From an uncultured Anaerolinea sp. (GTDB lineage: Bacteria; Chloroflexota; Anaerolineae; Anaerolineales; Villigracilaceae), in NCBI GenBank assembly GCA_964568115.1, contig CAZMQE010000001.1, positions 3,610-38,911 of the forward strand: a DNA stretch of 35,302 bases, in the 5' to 3' direction. The stretch's first letter is position 1. Each line of letters begins with the position of its first letter. A program made the position numbers and the translations under genes. The notes under the pieces are model-generated. The model was not told the DNA's origin, made no database searches, and saw nothing but the letters and a program-made list of their open reading frames with translations. This document shows positions 1-7,782 of the stretch, piece by piece.

Positions 1-1143
1 CATGGTTTCGAGTAGGGAGAATTGCGGAGTCTCATCCGTCAACACACGAGCTTTCAGCAGAGCCTCGGCGTATTCATCAGTGCTGGTCGAGTCCCAGACG
101 ATGCCACCGCCCACACCGTATTCTGCGGTTTGAGATTCACGGTCAATCAACGCGGTGCGGATGGCAACGTTGAATTTCGCTTTGCGATTCGGCGCAATGT
201 AGCCAATGCTGCCTGTGTAAATTTTGCGCGGGGTTGTTTCGAGTTCTGAAATGATCTGCATGGTGCTGACTTTCGGTGCGCCTGTGATGGATGCGCACGG
301 ATAAAGTGCCGAAAAAATATGCGTCAGGGATGCCGAGGTTTTGGCTTGCACCGTGGATGTCATTTGCCAGAGTGTCGGATATTTCTCGGTCGTGAACAAT
401 TCAGGGACTTGCACACTGCCGACGCTGGCGATACGACCCAGGTCATTGCGGATCATATCCACGATCATGACATTTTCCGCACGATTCTTTTCCGATTCAT
501 GCAGCCATTGCGCCTGCTCCTGATCTTCAAGCGTGGTGCGCCCGCGTTTGACAGTCCCTTTCATGGGTCTGCCGGTGATGGTCTCGCCATCGAGTTGAAA
601 GAATAATTCCGGTGAAGCGGACGCGATGACATAGCGTCCCGTATCGATGTAGGCGGCATGGTTGTTTTGTGTGCGCGCCAGGTGGAGGAAAAAATTCCAC
701 GGGTCGGAATGGAAATCTGTCTGCAAACGCATCGTGTAATTGACTTGATACGTCTGCCCTTCGGCGATGTGTTCTTTGATCTGCGCGATGGCTGCATTGT
801 ATGTACTGCGGTCAACGGTGGGGGACCAGGTTAAGGCTGGTTTGGCTGAAGCAGGTTCGGGTAAAGTAATGACGCGCGGCGCGGGGTAGAGTCCGAACCA
901 GAGGAGTGGGAAATCTGTTTTCGGGTGGGCTTGATGCGCTTCGTCAAAAGCAGGCGCCGCTTCATAACTTAGAAAGCCTGCTGCATGCCAGGCATGAGCT
1001 TTGATCAAATCTTCGATCTCGCGCAGGGCAGGGAGAACGTCGGTGAGCGAGGTCGCCTGAATAATACGCTGAGGGGCGGTGAAGTGCAGCCATTCTCCGT
1101 TGTCTTTCAATAGGACTTCGTTTGTATTGATAAAAGTATGCAT
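1..1143 (-). CDS. pabB: Aminodeoxychorismate synthase component I (PabB/TrpE chorismate-binding family), 3' end outside window; probably continues into a fused class IV aminotransferase/ADC lyase domain
   Basis: Not in the ORF track because it runs off the edge. Manual translation from ATG at 1143 gives MHTFINTNEVLL...GFLSYEAAPAFD...GQTYQVNYTMRL...SPELFF...RPMKGT...KNRAENVMIVDMIRNDLGR...PCASITGAPK...FNVAIRT...YGVGGGIVWDS...EYAEALLKA...FSLLETM, all canonical PabB motifs in one frame. Confidence 0.92.
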   Translation of the reverse strand, partial: MHTFINTNEVLLKDNGEWLHFTAPQRIIQATSLTDVLPALREIEDLIKAHAWHAAGFLSYEAAPAFDEAHQAHPKTDFPLLWFGLYPAPRVITLPEPASAKPALTWSPTVDRSTYNAAIAQIKEHIAEGQTYQVNYTMRLQTDFHSDPWNFFLHLARTQNNHAAYIDTGRYVIASASPELFFQLDGETITGRPMKGTVKRGRTTLEDQEQAQWLHESEKNRAENVMIVDMIRNDLGRIASVGSVQVPELFTTEKYPTLWQMTSTVQAKTSASLTHIFSALYPCASITGAPKVSTMQIISELETTPRKIYTGSIGYIAPNRKAKFNVAIRTALIDRESQTAEYGVGGGIVWDSTSTDEYAEALLKARVLTDETPQFSLLETM

Positions 1144-1234
1144 GTGCGAATGGCTTCCATTGTACCCTTTTGGTTGAGTGTCGTTCAACAGGCAAAATGA
1201 TAAAATGATAAAAATCTTTTATAGGAGCATAGAC

Positions 1235-1699
1235 ATGAAACAATATCGAATCTTTTTAGCGTTGACAGTCCTTGTGGTTGCCTCGCTGGCGTGCAACGCG
1301 CTTACAGGTAGAAAAGCTGACTCTGCGGCGCCGCAAGAATCATCTTCTGGTGGTCAGGTAGACCAGCCGACTGAATCAGCACCGCCGGTTGATAATGGAA
1401 GCAGCAACACAACTGTCAAAACTGATTTCCCAATGACAGACGATGCATACAACACCATTGACGTTGGTGATGGCAGTTTGCTGTATTACACCAAACTGTC
1501 AATGGATGATGTGCTGAAGTTTTATCGTGATGAATATACTGCGAAGGGCTATACAGAACGTGAATTGTTGACCACGGTCTCCGACGGTGTTTTTAGCATC
1601 GTCTTCGATGGCGACCCGAGCGGCAAAGCAGTTGTGATCCAAAGTGTGGACTTGGGCGATGGCAGCCGTACCGTTGCGATTCGCCTTGAAGATGTGTAG
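1235..1699 (+). CDS. Putative lipoprotein of unknown function
   Basis: AGGAG RBS upstream of ATG 1235. Signal peptide MKQYRIFLALTVLVVASLA-C with a lipobox, a Ser/Pro-rich linker, then a small globular domain. The ORF-track start at 1178 is probably too far upstream. Confidence 0.8.
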   Translation: MKQYRIFLALTVLVVASLACNALTGRKADSAAPQESSSGGQVDQPTESAPPVDNGSSNTTVKTDFPMTDDAYNTIDVGDGSLLYYTKLSMDDVLKFYRDEYTAKGYTERELLTTVSDGVFSIVFDGDPSGKAVVIQSVDLGDGSRTVAIRLEDV

Positions 1700-1716
1700 G
1701 TTTTTGAATTAACGTG

Positions 1717-1751
1717 AAAGCCATCGTCTTTATGGCGATGGCTTTTTATTT
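1717..1751 (+). terminator. Rho-independent terminator after the lipoprotein gene
   Basis: Stem AAAGCCATCGTC / loop TTTAT / GGCGATGGCTTT followed by TTATTT. Confidence 0.75.
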
Positions 1752-1757
1752 GACCTG

Positions 1758-2147
1758 GTGAAAATGAAAAAAATAAAAATCTTGAATTGGTTGCCGGCGC
1801 TTGTGATGATGGGCGTTATATTTTGGTTCTCAGCCCAACCGGCTGAAGAATTGCCGGTCTTTAGCTGGGCGGATACGATCGTGAAGAAATCTGGTCATGT
1901 GATCGGGTATGCGCTTCTGGCTTTTTCGTATTGGTACGCATTAGGCTTGGAGAAGAACAAACGTTGGCTTGCATGGTCGTTTGTGATCCTCTACGCGCTA
2001 ACCGATGAGTATCATCAATCCTTTGTAGCTGGTCGACACTCTTCCATTTGGGATGTGTTGATCTTCGATAATATCGGCGCTTTGCTTTCCGTGTGGCTCA
2101 CCGGCTTATACCTCGATAAACAAAAACGACCAGGCGATACTGCCTGA
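1758..2147 (+). CDS. VanZ-family membrane protein
   Basis: W-P-x-x-x-M-x-x-IFWFSAQP, KxGHxxGYALL and YALTDEYHQSFVAGRHSSIWDVLIFD motifs with several hydrophobic segments. Start could be 1758 (GTG) or 1764 (ATG). Confidence 0.85.
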   Translation: MKMKKIKILNWLPALVMMGVIFWFSAQPAEELPVFSWADTIVKKSGHVIGYALLAFSYWYALGLEKNKRWLAWSFVILYALTDEYHQSFVAGRHSSIWDVLIFDNIGALLSVWLTGLYLDKQKRPGDTA

Positions 2148-2183
2148 TCGTTAGAAGCTACTCGCCAAAAGCGAATTGCTAAT

Positions 2184-2954
2184 TTACTCAAACTCCAATT
2201 CGATCTCTTCGTCTTCCTTGAATTCTTCCATGCGATCGATCTCAATATCGCCGAACAGATCATCCTGATGAGCATGAATGCGATAGCGCTTGATTAACTC
2301 GAGCATGGCAAGGAAGGTCACCACAATTTCGATACGCGAGGCGCCCTCGGCGATCAACGCACTAAACGTGGATTTTTCCACTTCTTTCATTAGTTTTGCG
2401 ATTTGGTCAATTTTTTCGCGGATCGTCACACGCGGCGGAGCGATCACTGTGCCCAGTGGCTTCTTTTCGGCTTCTTTTTTGAATGCCGCTTCAGCCGCTG
2501 CAACCAGTTTTTCCAACGTGAGATTTGAAAGATCGAGCTTGGCTTCCACTTTGGGCGGCGGGGCGATGCGCAGATAAGTCCGCAGGTTGGCTTGTTGGCG
2601 TTCCAAGATCCAACCGCCAATCTCTTTGTAACGTTTGTAAAGTTTTAGTTGATCGACGAGGGATTGTCCGGTATCTTCTTCACCGGCTTCACGCACGGGC
2701 GGTCTGGGCAGCAACGCTTCTGATTTGATCTGTAGTAATTTTGCGGCGATCACAATGAATGCCGAGATCTCATCTGCGTTGATCTGTTCGAGTCCGTTGA
2801 TGTACGCTAAATATTGGTCGGTCACCATTGCCAGCGACACAGAGGTAATATCCAACTCGGCGTGCTCGATCAAATTAAGCAACAGGTCGAGCGGTCCATC
2901 GTACACAGGGGTGTGCACGGTGTAGTTGAGTTGACGTCCCAGCAGGTTTTCCAT
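2184..2954 (-). CDS. scpA: Segregation and condensation protein A (kleisin of SMC-ScpAB)
   Basis: YDGPLDLLLNLI, VTDQYLAYI, AAKLLQIKSEALLP and IVVTFLAMLELIK motifs. ATG at 2954 chosen over the ORF-track start at 2972. Confidence 0.92.
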   Translation of the reverse strand: MENLLGRQLNYTVHTPVYDGPLDLLLNLIEHAELDITSVSLAMVTDQYLAYINGLEQINADEISAFIVIAAKLLQIKSEALLPRPPVREAGEEDTGQSLVDQLKLYKRYKEIGGWILERQQANLRTYLRIAPPPKVEAKLDLSNLTLEKLVAAAEAAFKKEAEKKPLGTVIAPPRVTIREKIDQIAKLMKEVEKSTFSALIAEGASRIEIVVTFLAMLELIKRYRIHAHQDDLFGDIEIDRMEEFKEDEEIELEFE

Positions 2955-2963
2955 AGAGCGTGA

Positions 2964-3004
2964 ATTATACACGAGTAACGCAAGTGGTTACTACCGTGTA
3001 TAAT
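2964..3004. promoter_or_regulatory. Back-to-back sigma70-type -10 elements, a candidate bidirectional promoter for scpA and moaC
   Basis: TATAAT on + at 2999-3004, 6 nt before the moaC ATG. TATAAT on - at 2969-2964, 9 nt before the scpA ATG. No obvious Shine-Dalgarno for either gene. Confidence 0.6.
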
Positions 3005-3010
3005 CTTTGC

Positions 3011-3490
3011 ATGCCAAACGAACTCACTCATCTTGATGAACATGGTCGCGCCCGCATGGTGGATGTAGGTCACAAGCCCGATACCGAACGGATCGCGATC
3101 GCTCGCGGCGAAATCCATATGAAGCAGGCGACTCTGGATTTGATCCGCGCTGGACAAATTAAAAAAGGCGACGTCCTCACCATCGCGCAGATCGCTGGAA
3201 TCACCGCTTCAAAACGGACCTCGGACCTGATTCCGTTATGTCATCCTCTCCCACTCTCCAAAATTGACGTGGATCTCACGCTGGATGACTCGCTCCCCGG
3301 TGTTGTCATCACCGCCACTGCCAAAACCATCGGCAAAACCGGCGTGGAAATGGAAGCGTTGACCGCGGTCTCTGTGGCAGCGTTGACGATTTACGATATG
3401 GCAAAAGCCGCTGAGAAGACCATGCGTATCCAGAACATTCGCCTGCTCGAAAAGCATGGCGGGCAATCTGGTGATGTGGTGAATGAATGA
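3011..3490 (+). CDS. moaC: Cyclic pyranopterin monophosphate synthase MoaC
   Basis: [46 protein letters not shown] and KHGGQSG motifs. Start at ATG 3011. Confidence 0.96.
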   Translation: MPNELTHLDEHGRARMVDVGHKPDTERIAIARGEIHMKQATLDLIRAGQIKKGDVLTIAQIAGITASKRTSDLIPLCHPLPLSKIDVDLTLDDSLPGVVITATAKTIGKTGVEMEALTAVSVAALTIYDMAKAAEKTMRIQNIRLLEKHGGQSGDVVNE

Positions 3491-3493
3491 TTT

Positions 3494-3547
3494 TGGAGTC
3501 AGGGAGCTTGCTCCCGTAACTACCAACCAGCAAGCTGGTTGACTCCA
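3494..3547. repeat. REP-like inverted doublet of two 22-nt palindromic units
   Basis: Left unit TGGAGTCA-GGG-AGCTTGCT-CCC. Reverse complement of the right unit is TGGAGTCA-ACC-AGCTTGCT-GGT. Each unit carries its own hairpin. Confidence 0.65.
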
Positions 3548-3567
3548 GAGTTCTGCATTGAGGACTA

Positions 3568-3933
3568 ATGAATTATTCCCCTATAAATCTTCAAGAAAAA
3601 CTTTCGAAATTTGCTGAGCATTGGTCGCCAAAGATCATTGCTCAGATGAATGATTATCATCTCAAGCTGGCAAAGGTTCAGGGCGAGTTTGTCTGGCATG
3701 CTCATCCTGAAACCGATGAAGTATTCTTAGTTGTGAAAGGTAAACTGGATATTCATTTCCGTGACGGAAAAGTTTCTTTGAACGAAGGTGAGTTGTATGT
3801 TGTGCCTAAAGGTGTGGACCATAAGCCGGTCGCTGAAGCTGAATGCCATATCTTGTTGATCGAACCAGCAGGTACAGTGAATACAGGTGATGTTGTCGAT
3901 GATAAAACAGCCCCCAATGATATTTGGATTTAG
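3568..3933 (+). CDS. Cupin domain protein (mannose-6-phosphate isomerase-like small cupin)
   Basis: [17 protein letters not shown] and [14 protein letters not shown] cupin motifs 1 and 2. GAGGA RBS. Confidence 0.88.
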   Translation: MNYSPINLQEKLSKFAEHWSPKIIAQMNDYHLKLAKVQGEFVWHAHPETDEVFLVVKGKLDIHFRDGKVSLNEGELYVVPKGVDHKPVAEAECHILLIEPAGTVNTGDVVDDKTAPNDIWI

Positions 3934-3939
3934 AGGATT

Positions 3940-4188
3940 ATGAATCACATCAAATTATTATTTTTTGCCACCATCCGCGATCGGGCGGGCACCAAATCCC
4001 TCGAGATGGATATTCCCCTTGATATGACCATCCAAGGCTTGAAAGATAAACTGGCGAGCGATATTCCGACGTTGAAAGACTCGATGAAAAGCGTACTCGT
4101 TACCATCAATCGCGAGTATGCCTTCGATGAAGCAATCGTCCCTGCGGATGCTGAGATCGGGATGTTCCCGCCGGTGAGTGGTGGCTAA
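3940..4188 (+). CDS. moaD: Molybdopterin synthase sulfur carrier subunit MoaD
   Basis: 82 aa, IKLLFFATIRDRAG N-terminus and FPPVSGG di-glycine C-terminus, directly upstream of moaE. Confidence 0.93.
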   Translation: MNHIKLLFFATIRDRAGTKSLEMDIPLDMTIQGLKDKLASDIPTLKDSMKSVLVTINREYAFDEAIVPADAEIGMFPPVSGG

Positions 4189-4189
4189 T

Positions 4190-4648
4190 ATGGAATTTCC
4201 AACAATCTTCTCGATCACCGAAGACGAAATCGATTTGAATGATTTGCTGGCGAAGATCACGCTCACGTCCACGGGGGCGGCGGCGATCTTTACTGGCATG
4301 GTGCGCGGCGAAACCCGGCGCGGTGAGGCGCATGACACCGATTACCTCGAATACGAAGCGTATATTCCGATGGCTGAAGCGAAGATGAAACAGGTCGCCG
4401 ATGAGATCCGTGCGAAGTGGTCTGTGATCGAAGGGATTGCCATTGTTCAGCGGATCGGTAAGCTTTATCCGAAGACGCCGACGGTTTTAATTGCATGCAC
4501 TGCCGCGCACCGTGATACGGGGGTGTTTGAAGCTGCGCGTTATGGCATCGATCGCTTGAAAGAGATCGTACCGATCTGGAAGAAAGAGGTTAGCCCGGAT
4601 GGTCAATTTTGGGTTGAGGGAGATTACACTCCGAAGCCGGGGGAGTGA
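4190..4648 (+). CDS. moaE: Molybdopterin synthase catalytic subunit MoaE
   Basis: GAAAIFTGMVR, LEYEAYIPMA, AAHR and IDRLKEIVPIWKKE motifs. ATG 4190 sits 1 nt after the moaD stop. Confidence 0.94.
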   Translation: MEFPTIFSITEDEIDLNDLLAKITLTSTGAAAIFTGMVRGETRRGEAHDTDYLEYEAYIPMAEAKMKQVADEIRAKWSVIEGIAIVQRIGKLYPKTPTVLIACTAAHRDTGVFEAARYGIDRLKEIVPIWKKEVSPDGQFWVEGDYTPKPGE

Positions 4649-4651
4649 GCT

Positions 4652-5203
4652 ATGTCTTTACATCTCGAATCGCCACGCTTGATTCTGCGCTCGTTTCAAG
4701 ATTCTGACCTGGAGAGCTTTCTTGCCTATCGTAACGATCCGGAAGTAGCGAGGTATCAGAGTTGGAATGTTCCGTATGCACGCGAAAGCGGAATTCAATT
4801 TATTGACCTCATGAAGATGGTCAGCCCCACCAGCCAGGGCGAGTGGTATCAAGTGGCAGTAGAGCTCAAGTCTACACGGGAGATGATCGGGGACGTGGCC
4901 TTTTGCACAATGTTATACGATCAACAACAGGCATTGGTGGGTTATAGCCTGGCACGTCCTTTTTGGCATCATGGATATGCTTTTGAAGCGGTGGGATGTT
5001 TGCTCAAATATCTATTTGAAGAACGCGGTTTGCATCGCGTGATCGCTGAATGTGATGTGGAAAATGTCGCTTCTTGGAAGTTGTTGGAAAAGCTGGGTTT
5101 TCGGCGCGAGGCGCATTTGGTGGAGAATGTTTATTTCAAGGGCAAGTATGGCAGTGAATATCACTACGCCTTGCTGGCGCGCGAGTGGCAGAGAGGCTCC
5201 TGA
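4652..5203 (+). CDS. GNAT N-acetyltransferase, RimJ/RimL family
   Basis: LESPRLILRSF, VGYSLARPFWHHGYAFEAV and NVASWKLLEKLGFRREA motifs. Confidence 0.9.
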   Translation: MSLHLESPRLILRSFQDSDLESFLAYRNDPEVARYQSWNVPYARESGIQFIDLMKMVSPTSQGEWYQVAVELKSTREMIGDVAFCTMLYDQQQALVGYSLARPFWHHGYAFEAVGCLLKYLFEERGLHRVIAECDVENVASWKLLEKLGFRREAHLVENVYFKGKYGSEYHYALLAREWQRGS

Positions 5204-5338
5204 AACAGAAGCAGGTTTCGGCTTAGAAGGACACCGTCCCCGTAGGGGAAGCGGAGCTAGTCCATTTGGGGCGTGACGGACTGGCATTTTGGGGGTTGTA
5301 GCAATGCGAAAGTCTTATTTGATGAATGTGAGGAATAC

Positions 5339-6574
5339 ATGGAAAGAGTAGTGATTACTGGCATGGGCACGGTGAACCCGTTGGGGCTGACCGTGGAAGA
5401 GAGTTGGCGGAATGCGATCAACGGCGTTTCGGGCGTGGGTCCGATCACGTTGTTCGATTCTGCGCCGTTGAATGTCCACTTTGCGGCGGAGGTGAAGGGT
5501 TTTAATCCCGATCATTATATGGATGCGAAGGAAGCGCGGCGGCGTGACCGGTTTGAGCAGTTGGGCACGGCGGCGGCGAAAGATGCGATCGCAAATTCAG
5601 GCTTGGAGATCACGGAAGAAAATGCGGGGCGGATCGGTGTGTTGGTCTCATCGGCGATCGGTGGTATCAAATCTTTGAGTGATGCGGTGATCACGAACTT
5701 TACCGAGGGTCCGCGGCGGGTGAGTCCATTCTTGATTCCCATGTTGATGCCGAATGGCGCCGCTGGAATGGTCGCCATTGACCACCAAATTAAGGGACCG
5801 TGTTTTTCTGTGGCTTCAGCTTGTGCCTCGGGCTGTGATGGGATTGGCACAGCTTTAATGATGTTGAGGACCGGTATGATCGACGCTGCAGTAGCAGGTG
5901 CAGCGGAAATGACGATCTGTTCTGTAGGGGTGGCGGCGTTTGACCGAGTGGGTGCCATGTCACGCCGTAATGATGATTATTCAATGGCGCCCCAGCCGTT
6001 CGATAAGAATCGCGATGGCTTGGTAATGGGTGAAGGGGCGGGTATTCTAGTATTAGAAACTGAGACTCATGCAAAGAAACGTGGTGCGAATATTTATGCA
6101 GAACTGGCTGGTTATGGTGCCACTGCGGATGCCTACCATGTGACGGCTCCGCACGAGACCGGTGCCGGGGGCGCGGCGGCGATGAAGATGGCACTTGCCT
6201 CTGCCCAGGCGAATGTGGATGAGTTGGGTTATATCAGCGCACATGGCACCGGCACTTCTTTGAACGATCAATCTGAGACGCGGGCAATCAAAGCCGCATT
6301 TGGCGAACTAGCATACAAAATTCCGATCTCATCCACCAAGTCGATGACGGGGCATATGATGGGCGCGACCGGCGCGTTGGAGGCGATCTTTTGCGTGCAG
6401 GCTGTAAGAGATGGCATTCTGCCTCCCACGATCCATTACGAAACCCCCGACCCTGAATGCGATCTGGATTACATCCCGAATAAAGCGCGCGAGAAGAAGA
6501 TCACACTGGCGATCAGTAATGCCTTTGGGTTCGGTGGTCACAACGCGGTGCTGGCAATACGGAAATATAGTTAG
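5339..6574 (+). CDS. fabF: 3-oxoacyl-ACP synthase II
   Basis: RVVITGMG, catalytic Cys in SACASG, HGTGT, KSMTGHMMGA and SNAFGFGGHN. GAGGA RBS before ATG 5339. Confidence 0.95.
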   Translation: MERVVITGMGTVNPLGLTVEESWRNAINGVSGVGPITLFDSAPLNVHFAAEVKGFNPDHYMDAKEARRRDRFEQLGTAAAKDAIANSGLEITEENAGRIGVLVSSAIGGIKSLSDAVITNFTEGPRRVSPFLIPMLMPNGAAGMVAIDHQIKGPCFSVASACASGCDGIGTALMMLRTGMIDAAVAGAAEMTICSVGVAAFDRVGAMSRRNDDYSMAPQPFDKNRDGLVMGEGAGILVLETETHAKKRGANIYAELAGYGATADAYHVTAPHETGAGGAAAMKMALASAQANVDELGYISAHGTGTSLNDQSETRAIKAAFGELAYKIPISSTKSMTGHMMGATGALEAIFCVQAVRDGILPPTIHYETPDPECDLDYIPNKAREKKITLAISNAFGFGGHNAVLAIRKYS

Positions 6575-6599
6575 TCTATCTTTAATTTGTTTTAACGAA

Positions 6600-6638
6600 A
6601 AGTCGCCAAGACGCTAAGGTTTAGTGTTTTGGCGACTT
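6600..6638. terminator. Probable bidirectional terminator between convergent fabF and the DMT gene
   Basis: 18-bp stem AAGTCGCCAAGACGCTAA / GGT / TTAGTGTTTTGGCGACTT with two G-U pairs, flanked by A and T runs. Confidence 0.75.
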
Positions 6639-6668
6639 AGTTTTTCGAGTTAAATTTCGAGGTGTGAT

Positions 6669-7610
6669 CTAGTGTTTGTAGAAATCTGCAGGGAAATCAG
6701 GCGGTTGCAGGAAACTGAGCAATCCATGTGTATGGATCGGATGAGAGATCGGTTTCTCGAACCAAACGAGCAATAGGCTTATACCCAAACCTACCATGCC
6801 GATCCATTGGATGAAAGTAAGTGATTCCTTGAGATATAAATGACTGAATAAGATCGCGACGAGTAGTTCACCCAAACCAAGCAGGGCGGTCTGCATTCCG
6901 CCGATATGTTTGACGCCTGTGAACAATAATAAGCGTGAGAAAAAAGTGACTGCTGTGAGTCCCAGCACGGGAAACCATGGTGTATTTGTCACAGGAAAAC
7001 TGCGATCGAAGATCAAGTAGACGGGAATAACAACTGCGCTCATGGAGATCAAAGTGTAAAGAGTTACGGTAGGTGCCGGCACATCGAAAAGCACGCGTTG
7101 GTTGATCGGGATATGAAATGCGTATAACGCAGCGGAGATCAACATAAATGCCACGCCGACCATATCAATTGAACCGGTGCCTGCCCAGGTCAACAAGATA
7201 GCCGATATACAGGCGATAACGATCCGAACCACTGTAAGTTTGGTTGGCGATTGTTTATCGAGCCTTAACCAGACGGCAACAAAAAACGGATAAAGCGCAT
7301 ACAGCATTTGAGCCACACTGGCATTCAATCTACTTAACCCCATGTAATAAAAAATCGAACCAACGCCGTTTATTCCGCCCGCCAGCGCGCATCCCAACAA
7401 CCCCGCGGTATAGATAAAAATGTATTTGCGCTTGAAAATGACCATGATCAGGAACAACAATAAAGCTGCCATGCCAGTGCGCAAAGCCACCACCGCTAAA
7501 GGGGAAAATTTCTCCGGTCCCATGGCTGCCTTCCCGAAAACGGGTGCCAGCCCCAGGAAAAACGCGGATACAAGCGCAGCGTTGATCCCTGTAATTCGAC
7601 CTTTTTGCAT
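6669..7610 (-). CDS. DMT/EamA-family transporter
   Basis: About 10 hydrophobic segments in two EamA-like repeats (FSPLAVVALR, LNASVAQMLYALYPFFV, HLYLKESLTFIQWIG). Confidence 0.88.
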   Translation of the reverse strand: MQKGRITGINAALVSAFFLGLAPVFGKAAMGPEKFSPLAVVALRTGMAALLLFLIMVIFKRKYIFIYTAGLLGCALAGGINGVGSIFYYMGLSRLNASVAQMLYALYPFFVAVWLRLDKQSPTKLTVVRIVIACISAILLTWAGTGSIDMVGVAFMLISAALYAFHIPINQRVLFDVPAPTVTLYTLISMSAVVIPVYLIFDRSFPVTNTPWFPVLGLTAVTFFSRLLLFTGVKHIGGMQTALLGLGELLVAILFSHLYLKESLTFIQWIGMVGLGISLLLVWFEKPISHPIHTHGLLSFLQPPDFPADFYKH

Positions 7611-7633
7611 TTGAAGATTTGCCTTTAAAATAT

Positions 7634-7720
7634 TTGGACACGGCGCTGCCTGCGCACGATGGGGCTGGTTCCGTTATCTCAAACGGATTCCTTGCCCTCT
7701 CGTGTTTTATCCGTGTCCAA
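7634..7720. repeat. Intergenic inverted-repeat element upstream of the DMT gene
   Basis: Perfect 10-bp arms TTGGACACGG (7634-7643) and CCGTGTCCAA (7711-7720) enclosing an inner hairpin TCCGTT/AACGGA (7670-7687). Confidence 0.5.
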
Positions 7721-7782
7721 CTGAACTTTGGTCTGTACAATACCTGAGTGCAATGTGTTTTGAGTTATCTACTCCAAGTATA

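Noticed and set aside
1190-1220. AAAATGAT direct repeats upstream of the lipoprotein as a Fur box
   Set aside because: 8-nt period and no inverted half-site, unlike the GATAAT hexamer array; more simply an AT-rich -10 region.
22-1243. Short ORF-track entries at 22-249, 319-606, 341-523, 561-815 and 962-1243
   Set aside because: Shadow frames of the real minus-strand pabB gene (1-1143); no motifs.
2960-3010. Moco riboswitch upstream of moaC
   Set aside because: The gap is only 56 nt and is taken up by the two -10 elements; no room for the aptamer.
5204-5338. Small hairpin TCCCC-GTA-GGGGA upstream of fabF as a regulatory RNA
   Set aside because: Only a 5-bp stem, no U-tract and no recognisable riboswitch motif.
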